This document shows, piece by piece, positions 10,818-23,903 of a stretch of DNA of 64,000 nt (position 1 is its first letter; each line of letters begins with the position of its first letter). Where the stretch lies: NCBI GenBank assembly GCA_037447605.1, contig CM074818.1, positions 310,001-374,000 on the forward strand, in the 5' to 3' direction. The position numbers and the translations under genes are program-made. The stretch is from Zygnema circumcarinatum SAG 698-1b (Eukaryota; Plantae; Zygnematophyceae). Under the pieces are notes generated by a model that was not told the origin of the DNA, ran no database searches, and saw nothing but the letters and a program-made list of their open reading frames with translations.

Positions 10818-12139
10818 GGCTTCAGATGCTCCTTGAAGTAATCAAGCTCAGTCAATTGCCCTGCTCCTCCCTCAAAATAAACTTTGAAATTGCTTCCTCT
10901 GCTTCCTCGCAAGCGCTCCCTCTTCTGCTCCTTCCAGACATTTGGAACAGCGATCCGCCAGATTTGCTGGCCCGTCAGGAGCCGCGCTGGCACGTGCAAA
11001 GAGTGTCGTGGATTGGTTGTTGGCCGTCGGTTATCCGCCAGGGCCGAAGGCGCCTCGCTTTGATTGGTCGCCGGGATTCTGTCCGCGCAGGGGCGGATCT
11101 GGGGGTGGGAAAAGGGAAGTTTCGGGGCAGGGTTTGGGTACAGATGGGGTAAAGAGGGGGGGAAAATATGGGGGAGTTAGGGTACAAAGGGGGTTTAAAG
11201 AGAGGGAATTGGGGGGAGATTAGGGTACAAAAGGGGTTTAGGAAGTGTGCGCTCGGGGAAGCGGCAAAAAAGAGATTGGGTACAAATGGAGTGGAAGGCG
11301 TACAGTTCTGCGACGGAAATGTAAGGAATCGATATGAGAAGATATTCGATATTCAAACCAATATCGAACATCCCAATATTTACCGGTATGGGATATGTAT
11401 CGAATGAGGATATATATGAATATATCGAGATTATCATTTGGAAGATATGCTTCGATACTGTCTCGATACAGTTAATTGCGGGAAACTTATTTGCGATATA
11501 TCGAGATATCTTGAGAATCCATGGCCAAGGCAATCACATGCTCGCTCACAAAGATATTTCCACGTTCCCCCTTACCATCTCACTCTCTCCCTCCCTCTCT
11601 CTCAGTCACCATTCTTTTCCGCCTCTCCCTTTCCCGGCCTCCTCTCCCTCCTTCCCTCCTCTCACTCTACCTCTCCCTCCCTCCCTCGCTCTCTCTTCCC
11701 CTCCCTCTCCCTCCCTCTCCCTCCCTCTCTCTCACTCTCTCCCTCTCCATCTCCCTTTCTCCCTAGCTGTCCCTCTCTCTCGCCCACCGTCTCCCTCTCC
11801 CTCCCCCCCTCCCACCTCCCCTCTTGATGTCTCAAACCAACAGACTTCCTGGCAAAATCTCCTCCCTTGGGACTTTCAATATACTCTCCGTTTTTAAAAC
11901 AAAGGAAAAAATGAGGGCCATATCTACATAGGCGAGTACTCCTTTACACGTTCTACCGAACCAATCCAATCAAGATCGACAAAAAGATCGACTCCAAACC
12001 CAAGCCCGAATCCCTCACGACTAAGTCTTTTCTAAATTCTCCAAACACTTCCATAGAACAGGAACCAAATCCTTCTCCTTGATTCTTCCCCAAATGCTTC
12101 TCTCCCTCTCTACTCTCTCCCTCTCAACTCCCTCTCCCT

Positions 12140-13593
12140 TTAAGAGCTTGGCTGCTTAGAAGTCTCTAAGAACTTAACTGCATAAGCTCCCCCCATATAG
12201 AGCCCTATGAGCGGGCCTGCTAGAAGGATCTGTGTGAGAGGATCGGTCGAGGGAGTGAGAACAGCTGCTGCGATAACTGCTCCCACTACCACATACTTCC
12301 AAACTGATAGCATCTGATCACCTGATACAATCCCTGTTTGGCCCAAAAGTAATTGAATGACAGGCACCTGCAACCAAGTAAGAAAAGTAAACAAGTGTTT
12401 TAGAGATACTTGAGATGTTTACAGTTATTAGGGTTACGGATCATCAGAGAATTCAGAAAAGCAGTTCCACACTTTGGGTCCACCTTGAGAAACATCGTTT
12501 AAATAGAAAAACATCAACTGCAGGTGAAAAGCTACAATCAACATTGGAAGGAGAGCTTCCATGAAATGATTGGAGTGAATGTCATAATACATGATGCTGT
12601 TTTTTCCCAATCAAAAAACACCAGCTCCTGCTCTACTCCTTACCTCCTCAGTCTCCCCCCTTCTCCTCCCCCCCTATACTCTTCTCCTCACCTTCATCAC
12701 CTCCTCTCTCCCACACTTTCCTCTCTCACCAAAATTCTCCTTGTTTGCCCTCGGTCCCTACGCATCTCACGCCCCATCCTCCACCTCCCTGCCTCTCTAA
12801 TTCCTTCTTCTCTTCCCTCTCCCTTTGCCCTCTCTCCGCTTCCACTCCTTTCTCCCTTCCCTCTCTTCCTTCCCTCAATGAATGGGTGGACATGCTTAAG
12901 AAGGGTCATGCACTTCATTCTCTGAAAGATACCTCCCCTTCACAAATACAGTACTATGAACTTCATATATTTCAACACACTGAACTTATTGCCCAAAAAG
13001 TAAAAGAAAGACGCACCTGGAATGATAACCCCGTGCTCAACATGAGCACGAACACGAATTCAAAGTACTGGTCGATAGACCAAAACGATTCCACCACTCC
13101 TTCCGCATACGAAACGAAGAAATTTAGAGCTGCAGGAGTGAGGACTGAGTAGGAGAAGAAGAGCCCAAAATAGAAGAGGATGGAGGAGCCGAGAACAATG
13201 GGTCCCAAAAAGCGGCGCTCACTCAGTGTGAGTCCCGGAAGCACAAACGCAATAATTTCATAAAGAATAACAGGTCCGCCCAAAAGGAGCCCTGAGTACC
13301 CAGAAACCTGTGCAGCAAAGAGAGAGTGACAGAGAGAGAGAGAGAGAGCGAGAGAGTGACGGGGGGAGGGGGGGTGTGCGTTATCTCATGGTTTTTGGGT
13401 TTCAAGGTGTTATGAATTCATTAATTTTGAGGAGGTTCGAGGAACTGCAGGACATTCTAGTAGGAGATTCTTGAATTCTCAACCAGAAATTGGCATAAAA
13501 AAATCCTCAAGCAGAAAGTTAGATAGCAGCTGTGTGTTTTAGGACTTTGTAGCAGGAAAGAGCGCGCACGCGCGCGCGCGAGAGAGAGAGAGA

Positions 13594-13638
<45 letters not shown>

Positions 13639-14786
13639 AGAGTTCAGGTAAGAGCATACCTTTAAAGTGGTGAAAAAGTACTCTCCCGGAGATAACTGCA
13701 AGAAGCGCACTCCCTGTGTATAAACGGGTGCTTCAAGAAAGGTTACAAGATCCTTAGCAAAAAAAAAACAGAGAAGAATAGCAGCTCCTACTACCGCAAC
13801 AGAGATCAAAATTCGCTCTCTCAGCTCATCCAAATGTTCCCAAATGCTCATTTCCACATCGTCTGGGAGTTCATCCTTGCTCGGATAAAGCCATTTTTGA
13901 ATAGGGGAGTCGGAGGTATCGGTGTCGGGTTCGTCTTGGAAGCCTGCAAGGAGGAAGAAGAGGCTGTGAGGAGGAGGGCAAGAGAGCGAGAGAGGTGGGA
14001 GGGAGACGGGGGGAGAGGATGCAGGAGGGAGTTGGAGGACAGGGGAGGAGAAGAGGGAATGCGATAGGGAGGAGAGGGGAGGACAGGGGAGGAGTAGGTA
14101 TAGTCTTGGAAGCCTGCAAGGGTGAGGGAGGGGTTGTAAAGGAGGGCGAGCAGGACGGAGAGGAGGAGCGCGAGGGGAGAGAGTGGGGAGAGTGGGACGA
14201 AGAGGGGAGTTGTGGGAGGAAGAGAGGTGAACAGGTAAAAAGTTGACGGAATGGGACAGCCGTAGAATAAAGAACGGAAGAGAGTGGAGGGTAATGTCGA
14301 GAAGGGGAGATAAGCGGAGAGGAGGCGAGGACAGGAAGAGGAGAAGCGAGACCAGGAAAGTAAGGAAAGGCTAGGAGGGAGTGGGAGGGAGGGAGGAGGG
14401 AGTGGAGGAGGAGGGAGGGAGGGAGGGAGGGAGGGAGGAGGGAGTGGGAGGGAGGGAGGGAGGGAGGATAAGCGGGCAGATGCACGAGAATTTGACGCTG
14501 CCGCATGAATTTCTAAAAATTGAAATGTAAATCTGAAGATGCTACAAAAGGAAAGTGCTGTACCCGTCCCAGCGCAGTGTAAGCCCGTCCTCTTATTGTG
14601 CTGAAGAGGATTTCGCCTGCCGAAGAAGACAGTCGCATTCGAACTCAGCGCCAGAGAAGGCCTTCCTCGCATTAAGGTTCCGTCACATCTGCTCTCACTT
14701 CTGCAGCTCCGCATACTGCCTCTGCCTTGGAGGTTAAGGAGGGAAGGAGCTGCGCCTGCCGCAGCGACGGAGCTCATGGCAGCCAT
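12140..14786 (-). CDS. TATC: Chloroplast twin-arginine translocase subunit cpTatC
   Basis: Exons ~14786-14564 (transit peptide), 13943-13660, 13307-13017, 12367-12140. [21 protein letters not shown]; [16 protein letters not shown]; [10 protein letters not shown]; [21 protein letters not shown]. Confidence 0.95.
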
Positions 14787-15353
14787 GGAAAAAGAAACCC
14801 TAAAAGTGCAGTTCAAGCTTATGCTGCAGCTGCGATATCTCTAATGTATGATTCCTGTAAAGTATGCTGCAGAAATTCTCCCACTCTCTCTCTCTGACAG
14901 ATGCTTGGTGCTCCTTACTCTCTCCCCGTCTCCTCTCTCCCTCTCTCCCTCTCCCTCTCCCTCTCTCTCTCTGTCTCCCCTTCACTCCCTCACTATCTGT
15001 CCGCCCTCTGTCAAAACGCCACAACCCTAAAAATGTGAACGAGAAGCAATCAATAGAGTTGCGAATAAGGGAAGAACCCTAAAAGGAGACCAAAAATGTA
15101 AATTGTTTTTGTAAAATCAATGTCGGCGAACAAGATAAGTAGAAAAATATCTGCAAAAAGTGAAAGTATCGTACGGATTTGGGCCTCTTTTCCGGTTTCC
15201 GAACGAAAAGAAGGTCGCGGGTTCGAGACGGGAGGCCGTCTATGGAAAAGAGTGCACTGTACATGCGTGGACAGTTGGGCGAAGCGTTCCCAGAACTGGA
15301 ACTGTTACAAGTGCATGAGTCGAGCCGTTGAACACATTGTGGATTTAATAGTT

Positions 15354-15560
15354 GGCATGGCAGCCAATGGTTGGCGGACACATAGCCAACCATTGTGCAG
15401 CCATTGGATTGAATGGTTGGCATGGCAGCAAATGGTTGGAGTACACACAGCCAACCATTGTGCAGCCATTTGAATGGTTGGCATGGCAGCCAACGGTTGG
15501 CGGACACACAGCCAACCATTGTGCAGCCATTGGATTCAATGGTCGGCAATCAAAGCTAAT
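15354..15560. repeat. ~61-66-bp tandem array (3 copies) with AATGGTTGG/CCAACCATT hairpins
   Basis: CATGGCAGCCAATGGTTGGCGGACACA(T/C)AGCCAACCATTGTGCAGCCATT repeated; closes with GATTCAATGGTCGGCAATC, compare GATTCAATGGTTGGCAACC at 2211. Confidence 0.85.
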
Positions 15561-16486
15561 GGTTAGCAACCAGTGTTTTGGGAACATAACCAACCACTGC
15601 CAATGGTTGTACAATTGGTTGGCGACATACAGCTTTTGAAGGTAAGGGCCGGATTTTTCCTTTTCTGAAAGAAAAGGAGGTTTTCCGACATCTCTTCTCC
15701 TTTTTGGAACCGGCCAGTCCTGGTCCATATTCATGTAGCCGTTGACGTTTTTGCGATTCTTGTCGTTTTATCGCGAAGGTGTACGGTCAAAAATGCCGCA
15801 AAAAGGACACGTGGCCTGCAGTGATAGGCTTTCTGGAGACATTTATTTTTTTTGGGCGAAAAAACTGCAAATTGAACAGCTTGTGTACATGGAGCGCCGC
15901 TCACAGTCGTCTCGTGTAGTATCCCAGAACTGAACTGCAACTGAATCTGGGGCAGCGGAATTGCCAGGGTCACGGAGCAGTGGCACATGGACATAGTTTA
16001 GGGCGACGCAGTTCCACGCGTGACTCACTATCACAGTTCCAAATTTTGACGCAGTAGCGTTGATTTCTCGATGTAACGAGATTCCGTGCGACTGCCGAAG
16101 GAAGGGATGGGAAAAAACTAAGGCTAGCTCGAATTTGGTTAAATAGAAATGGGCTTGGCAGGAATTGAATTTGGTTAACCATTGGTAACTTCAAATCCTA
16201 GCAGGAGTGAAGGATTAAGGGGAGGGAAGGGACGAGGCTGAGAAGGGAGAAGGGAGAAGGGAGAAAAAGGCTGAGGGAAAAAGAGAGAGGAGAGGAGAGA
16301 AGAGGAGAGAAAAAAAGGAGAGAGAGCGGGAAGGGAAAGTGGGAGAGGAGAGAGAGGGAGGAGAAGAAGGAGCGGACAAGGAGAGATGTAGCAAGGAAGG
16401 GAGGAGGTTGAAGGAGGAGAGAAGAAAGGAGTGAGGGAGAGGAGGAGAGAGAGAGAGAGCGAGAGAGAGAGGGAGGGAGAGAAAAC

Positions 16487-16944
16487 ATGGCTGAGGCGGA
16501 AGCAGCAGAGCCTCTAGGGTTGGGAGGCCCCCTCATCAGCCAGGGTGCTGAAGCAGTGAGTTAAAAATCCCTCAAACCCTAAGAACCCTAAATTCCGTAA
16601 AGTTTGAAGCATTTATCAAACATGACGATCATGAATCGTGATTCATTCGATCAATTTTTTTACTTGTCTCTATTTCTTTTTCTTTTTTTGTCTTTTTTTT
16701 CGGCATGCCGTGTGCCTCAGAGAGTGTTTCAAACCACATTTTGTGGCCGGCCCGCCGTCGTCAAACAGCGCTTTAAAAAAAATTATCGCCACCCTTTACT
16801 GGACGCCAAACTGACGCTCCGGCGGCTCCATGGAGTAAATTTCACGCTTTCGCTTTTATATTAATCAGTTAAACAGTGCATGCATGTGTCTGCATGTGGT
16901 TGAACTTGCCTTTGTTTTGTCTCAATCTCTTTCTCTCTTCAAAA

Positions 16945-17007
<63 letters not shown>

Positions 17008-18610
17008 CTGTCTCTGTCGCTGTCTCTGTCTCTCTGTGACTCTCTGTGTCTCTCTGTCTCTCTGTGTCCTTCGCTGTCCGGAGTTTTTTCGGAAGTCGAC
17101 TTTCTCCCTTCCATCTACAAATTTAGGGTTCAGACCTAGGGCAGTCTTATCAGGGCCTTAAAAGTGAGNNNNNNNNNNNNNNNNNNNNNNNNNNNNNNNN
17201 NNNNNNNNNNNNNNNNNNNNNNNNNNNNNNNNNNNNNNNNNNNNNNNNNNNNNNNNNNNNNNNNNNNNTCTTTGTGTCTCTCCTTCGGTGTCTCCGACTC
17301 TGTCTCTTTTGCAGGATTTGGTGGTCAATGGACACCAATTACCTGCCCGATAGATAGATAGGTAGATAGAGAGAGAAAGAGAGGGGGAGAGAGAGAATGG
17401 AGGGAGGGACAGCGTGAAAGAGACAAAGAGAGAGAGGGAAAGCAGAGTGAAGAGAGGAGAGAGAGAGAGGGTGGGGGGAGAGTGAGGGGAGAGGGAGAAC
17501 GAGAAAGACTAACGCATGAGTGATTGTTTGTTTGGTGGAGTACAGAATCCCTTCAAGAGGTGGCCGAGCTCATTGGACGAGTGATTGCTCGCCTTCACGA
17601 TGGAGGCCTCATTCACGGTGACTTGACTACCTCCAATATGCTCTTGAGAAAGTCACAAGGAGGAGAGAGTTCTAAGGACTTGGTGCTGATCGACTTTGGA
17701 TTAAGTCACAATTCGACTTTGGCGGAGGATAAAGCGGTCGACCTCTATGTGCTGGAAAGGGCGCTCCTCTCCCTTCACTCCGCGCATGAGGGCTTGGTAA
17801 AGTTCCGCCTTCTTGTTTGGTGTATGTGAGAGGAAAGGAGAGAGAGAGAGAAGGGGGGACGGAGGAGGGAGAGGGGGAGAGGGAAAGGGAGAGGGAGAGG
17901 GAGAGGGAGAGGGAGAGGGAGAGGGAGAGGAAGAAGGAGAAAGAGCGAGAGAGAGGGGGAGGAGGGGGGAGGGGGAGAGGGAAGGGGAGAGAGAGAACGA
18001 GAGAGCGAGTGGAGAGGAAGGGAGAGAGAGAGAAGGGGGGAGGGGGAGAGGGGGAGAGGGAGAGGAAGGGCCGGCTTTTCATATGCAGATACGGAGAATC
18101 CTGAGGTTGTGCATTCTCTCTCTCTCTGTTCTCTCTATCTCAAGCTGAAGAAAAATGTGCACTTTTCTTTTACGATTGGTTTTAGGTTCCTTAGGGAGAG
18201 CAGGCATTGACAGGAGTCACAATGCCTTAGCAGATGGAGGCGGTTCTGAAGGCGTACAAACGGTCTTCCAAGTATTGGAGTGCCACTCACAACAAGCTTG
18301 CCGACGGTACCTGTCTCTCTCTCTCTCTCTTTCTCTCTCGCCCTCTCTCTACGTGCTTTACAGCCCTTGAATGCTGTGCATTTACTTCGTCTTCCTTTTG
18401 CGGAGGCACATTATTTTCTGAGGATGGGTGAACTGCCTTAGCGGACGCCCCCACCTTCCTCCCTGCCCTCCTCCCTCGCTTCCAGCTTCCCTCTCCCACT
18501 TTCCCCCTCTCCATTGACCTGCTTTGTCTGACAGCAGGACAGTTTGCTGATGCTTGAGTTTGTTTCTGGCAGTGCGAATGAGAGGGAGGAAGCGAGTCAT
18601 GGTGGGCTGA
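16487..18610 (+). CDS. BUD32: EKC/KEOPS complex kinase Bud32 / TP53RK (PRPK)
   Basis: Exons 16487-16555, 16721-16834, [probable exon(s) lost in gap 17169-17268], 17546-17796, 18234-18306, 18573-18610. ISQGAEA; [14 protein letters not shown]; [10 protein letters not shown]; IDFGLS; [14 protein letters not shown]; C-terminal [10 protein letters not shown]. Confidence 0.95.
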
Positions 18611-19267
18611 TTCTTCAGCAATACTCCTCCCCCTCCCCCCCCCCGATTCCTTTCCCACCCTCCCTCGCCGCTTCCCCTTCCTCCCCTCCCTCCCCCTCTC
18701 TCCTCCCCTCCCTNNNNNNNNNNGGACCCCTCCGTCCCCCTCCCTCCTTCCAGAAAGGCGCCTTATTTGGAAGTGCACAATTACTTGGAACAGACCGCAA
18801 AAATGCATGTCTGCGTTTGACAATTTCAGAGGTGATTTTTTTCAGTGCATATGTTTGCCCTGGAAATTGGTTTCTACTAAGAAACTGTAATCCCATTTGT
18901 AATCCCCAAAGATCCCCTTATTCATGTGATTCTCCGTAGCCAGCCTCGTCTCGCCATAAGTTGCTCTCTCCATAAAGGATACCAAAAGGAAATATTTTTT
19001 TGTAAGAAAAATATGTAATGATTCTCAGAAGCTCTTTTCAAATTTTGTTTATATGTTTTGCTCGGGTTTCAACTCTGCATTTTCGCCAACGATCGACCCG
19101 TCCAACATGCACAAAAAAGACAAATTACTTTCTGCAAATTTCAGGCATAACGAAGACTCGTTGTGAATGAAAGGGATGGAGAAAGCTTCTTTAGCCATAA
19201 AAGGACATTTGCCTCCCAAATATGGGGAAAAAAGAGACAAAAAAAATAGATTTTTTAACGTTTTCCT

Positions 19268-22200
19268 TTATTTTGGCGTTTGCCTCCCTTGGCCGCTCCA
19301 TTGGAGGTCGGAGCCTTCCTCTTGCCGGCCCTTGGCTTCCCCTCTGTGCGGTTCCTCTCTGCTTGCTTCGTCTCCTCGCCTACCTTGTACACACTCACAG
19401 CCTGGAGAGGGAAGGGAGAAGGAAAGGAGGAGAAGAGGGTAGTAGGGAAAGCGAGAGGTAGAGGGAGGGGAGAGGAGAGGGATAGGGAGAGGGACAAGGA
19501 GAGGGAGGGGGGGAGGGGAGAGTGTAGAGGGGAGAGAGGGAGGGAGCAGGGAGAGAGAAAGGACGAGAGGGAGAGATGGGAGGGAGACGAAGGGAGAAGG
19601 AGAGTCGTGTGAGTGAGAGGGAGGGATTGCAGGTGGAGGAAGAGAGAGCGACAACGAGAGGGAGAAAGTTCTGATAAGATTGCTGACTCTTATGACAGGC
19701 GAGATGATGTAACGCATACAGTGATGTGACACGTGGCGGTATGTGGCACGGACCTTGGTGATGTCGAGGATGTCGTGGTCGTTCTTGGCGAGGACTTTGC
19801 TGAGAACACTCTGCATCTGCTTCTGCTCTTTTCCGGCCACACCGTTCCGCCCCACCACCGGCAAAAACTGCAAAACCCACCCACCACCCATCATCATCAA
19901 CATCAACATCGATATTTTCATCGACAAAATCATAATGACTATCATCGTGGACATCAACATCTTCAACATCTTCAACGTCTTCAACATCAACATCTTCAAC
20001 ATCAACATCTTCAACATCAAAATCTTCAACATCTTCAACATCAACATTTTCAACATCAACATCTTCGATATCATCATCTTCAACACCGCCACCATAATCA
20101 CAACCCAACGCCCCACAAATCTGATGGTTCCATTCAAACCCAAAAGGAAAGTAAGCAGAACAACACAGCAGTAGAACCCCTCTAACTCAATAACCTGCTG
20201 TCCGAGTGAGAAAAATCACAAAATGCTGAAGCAGGAGGTTCCATTTTCGACCTCTCTTATTTGATAAACAGATAGAACCCCCCCTTATCTAATGTTCTTA
20301 CAGAAATATTCACTTAAAGGGAGCTCAACAATACCTCAAACATGATGCAAAAACCTACAAAGCCCCCTCCGCCCACCCTCCCCCCAACCCCATAAAAGGG
20401 TGCCCCATCTCTTCGGAACATAACAAAACATACCTTCCTATGTTTACCGATATTTTTCAATGGCTTCTCCCCAGGCTTCTTCTTATCAAATTTTCCGACG
20501 CTTGCAGTAGCGGTGCTTGCAATGCTTGCTGCTTGGCCTATTTGCTCCTTTCCAATTTTCTTCGGTGGATCTCTTGTTCCAAAAATAGGAAGAGAGGTAG
20601 CTGCCATTTGGACAGTGCTGCAAAAAAATATACAATTTTGGGCCCCACTCTCCAGAACATAAGGAATGGATGGAGAGATAGGGGAGAATTGGGAAAGATA
20701 GGATCGAGGGGGGAAGAGAGAGGGAGAGAGAGTAGGAGACAGAGGGGGAGGGGGGGAGAGAGGAATAGAAGATTGGGCAAGTGGGGTGGAGGGAGAGGAG
20801 AGAGGGAGAGGGAGAGAGCGAGGCGGGGAGGAGAGGGAGAGCGAAAAGAGAAAGTGAGAGAAAAAAAGAGAGAGAGAGAAATGGAAGATTGGGCAAGGCA
20901 GGTGGAGGAAGAGAAACAGGAGAAAGAGAGAGAGGGGCGCGTGAAAGACTTAGGGGGGCGAGAGAGAGAGAAAGAAAGAGAGAGAGAGATGCATTCAGTA
21001 TCGAGCTCACCTAGGCAGAGAAGCTCTCCCTCCCTTCTTTGCCGCTTCCTTTAAATTTTGCAGTTGGTTCTTCTCCTGCTTCACTACTCTCGCCTTCTTT
21101 GCCGACTTTTTAGCCGAAAAAGGATCCTCCCCAGGGACTGCCAGACATCATATAAGGGCAAAAATAAGAGAAGGATAGAGAGGGAGAGAGAGAGGCCCTC
21201 TGTTTAAGCCCATTTTACCCTATCCATCCATAAAGTTTTTGCGTTTAGGATTAGGAAGAGTAGAGAGAGAGAGACTCTCACCATCTCCCGGCTTCGCTTC
21301 AATTACAAGTTCCTCTCTCTCATCTCGAACTCGCTTGAAGCCGTGACGGCGCCGCCATTCATTCGCGCCTTCGTCCCATTCAAGTTTACTCCGCTTGCGT
21401 TTTATAATACCTGCATGGAAATAATGAAATATGAAACACTCAGTAACAAAGTAATGACACAATATGAAAGCAGTAGAAACGTACGGAAAGAGTCTTGAAA
21501 GGTAAGCAGGAATTGGACATTCCTATAGCTCGCTCTCCTCACTCTCGCATACCTTTCTCCCTTAGCCTCTCTCAACATCTAAAACTTGAATTCTATTTCA
21601 TTCTATTCAATTCTGCCAGAATTCCGTTCGGACTTCAGCTGACACACCTTTTGACTGCGCAAATTTTTCCCATTTTGTTGGAGGGCGAGCTCTCGGTAGC
21701 TGTGAGGAAAACGAACACACAAGAAACCGAAAAGAGAAAATAAGAAAAAATTCTGTTTTGATAAAGTCAATCATAACTTTGTCGTCCAGATCTGTTCAAA
21801 GAATATCATATCGTTGCAATGGACATAATCCTTGTTATGATCATCACATTCACATCCATGGTATAAGAAAAAACCCTAATGCAACCATTACATCACATTT
21901 TCCACATCAACATCATGATCTTCTTGAAGGATGATGATGACGATGATAAATATCATTTATGAGAACATCATCACTATTATTAAACCTTACCCTAACAATT
22001 GCACACCCTTGAACATATCAAACTCTATCCTCCACTTCTATTCAATATTCAGCGACTCTTGAAATCGTCAATACATCGTTAATTGCGTGACAGAAACCAC
22101 AATCAAAATTTCGATTTCAATCTCGTTTTGTCTTCAATTGCTTTCATAATTGATCAAAAAAGCAAGCACACTTACCGGCTTCTCTCTCGGTAACGGGGTA

Positions 22201-23355
22201 GAGGGAGGCGGAAGCTCAACAAGGCGCCCTACTTTTTCCTGCGTCGAGGGTAACTGAAACAGTCGAGCCGTAAGGACCTGCATCACGGCTCGACCCATTT
22301 CCATGCAATATCTGTCCGCAGCTTCTCTGTAAAACAGAGACTCCATGCCTCAGTTTCAGTTTCAGCAGTCAGAGTGGAAAAAGGCAGCAAAACATATTCA
22401 TCTGGAGAAGGGGATTAGAGACGAGAGGGAGAGGGAAGGAGGGAAGGGAGTGGTGGAGAGAAGTGGGAGAGGAGGGAGGGAAGGGAGAAAAAAAGGAGAG
22501 GAAAAGGAAAGCTGAGGGGGAATCAGGACGAGGAAGAAAGGAGGGAGGAGGGGGGTGGGGGGAGGGAGAGGAGGGAGAGGAGGGAGAGGAGCGAGAGGAG
22601 GGAGAGGAGGGAGAAGAGGGAGAGGAGAAGGGAGAGGAGGGAGAGGAGAAGGGAGAGGAGGGAGAGGAGGGAGAGGAGGGAGAGGGAGGCAAGGAGAAGT
22701 GGGGGAGGGAAATAGGAGAGGGGATAGAGAGAAAATGGGGAATTGCAAGATAAAGGAAGAGATAGGGAGAGGTGAGAGTGGGGAAGAAGAGTCAAGAGAA
22801 GAGAGGGAGTGGGAGTAGTAGCAAGAAAGCCTCACATTAAGGAATGTAAAAACAAAGCTTTGTGTTGATTTAAAAAAACTAATAATTCGGAGTGCTTTCA
22901 AGACAAACAAAGGTTATTTACAGGTATTAGAGAAGAAAAAGGTTAAATTGCTGTTTCAATTTGTTTTCATTCAAATGTGAAGAATTAATGGGTTCCTTAC
23001 AAAATATTAAAAATGGAGAAGAGCAAGCTGGTAACGATTTTCACATTGCTTAATTTTCCGAGTATTGTTTAAAAGAAGGAATGTCGAGTACATTTGAAAC
23101 ATCAACTTACGGAGTTTGAAAGTGTTGTGTGGTCAGCTGGCGAGGATCAAACGCTAAAAGGTTCCCCAAATCGACCTGCAAAGTTTCCTCTCTCACATCC
23201 TCAACGAACCCCTCTCCCACTCTCTCCATCTCTCCCACGGCCTCTCCAACTCCCTCTCTCATTCTCTCCCCTACTCCCTCTCCCACCCTCTCTCCCACTC
23301 CATTCTCTCCTTCAACAAGGGTAGCAGGAGATGCTTCCGCCACGACCATGGCCAT
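19268..23355 (-). CDS. RRS1: Ribosome biogenesis regulatory protein RRS1
   Basis: Multi-exon (for example 23355-23111, 22326-22176, 21699-21648, 21410-21282, plus exons near 21140-21010, 20570-20435, 19865-19755, 19405-19268). DLGNLLAFD; [13 protein letters not shown]; [17 protein letters not shown]; [10 protein letters not shown]; [10 protein letters not shown]. Confidence 0.92.
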
Positions 23356-23758
23356 GGCCTCCAGCCACCTCTCCTCGCACTCCCTCCCCCCTCCCCTCTT
23401 CCTCTTCCTCTTTCTCTCTCTCTCTCTCTGTGTCTTCAATTCTAAGAGATAGTCTAAGCGGGAAACAGTCTACGAGGAGGATGAATTACACTTTCTGCAG
23501 TGTTGAAATGGACGTTCTCAGAGGGAGAGGAGGAGAGGGAGAGAGAACAGCGGTTGGGAGAAGGGAGAGGTAGAAGGAGAGGCAGTGGGAGAGGAAAAGG
23601 GCAAGGGAGAGGGAGAGAGGGAGCGAGAGGTGAAGCGCGAGACGAGAGGAGACGGGAGACGTAGAGAGAGAGAAAGGGAGGAGAATGTCGGCGCCGACAA
23701 TTAGGGCCCTTTTTAGAAAGCGGGCGCGGACAGTGCCTTTCTGAACCCACCTTTTTGC

Positions 23759-23800
23759 GAACCCTAATTTTTGAAACCCTAATTTTTCCGAACCCTAATT
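23759..23800. promoter_or_regulatory. Telo-box cluster in the RRS1/LD divergent promoter
   Basis: Three (A)ACCCTAAT motifs in tandem plus TAGGGCCC at 23702; telo-boxes are typical of plant ribosome-biogenesis promoters. Confidence 0.6.
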
Positions 23801-23903
23801 CTGAGGGGAGAGGAGAGGAGGCGTTGACTCTGATTTGATCCGGGAGGGAGGGAGGCTCTGCCGCCATGGATGGTGTGTGAGGGAGGGAGGGGGGTGGGGA
23901 GAC

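Noticed and set aside
11130-11520. GGGTACAAA repeats and an ATATCG-rich segment upstream of LHCA2
   Set aside because: Looks like a transposon relic, but I found no TIR pair or TSD.
19890-20110. D/V/E-rich and N/I-rich ORFs from CAACAT/CTT repeats
   Set aside because: The region is inside an RRS1 intron; a simple degenerate microsatellite.
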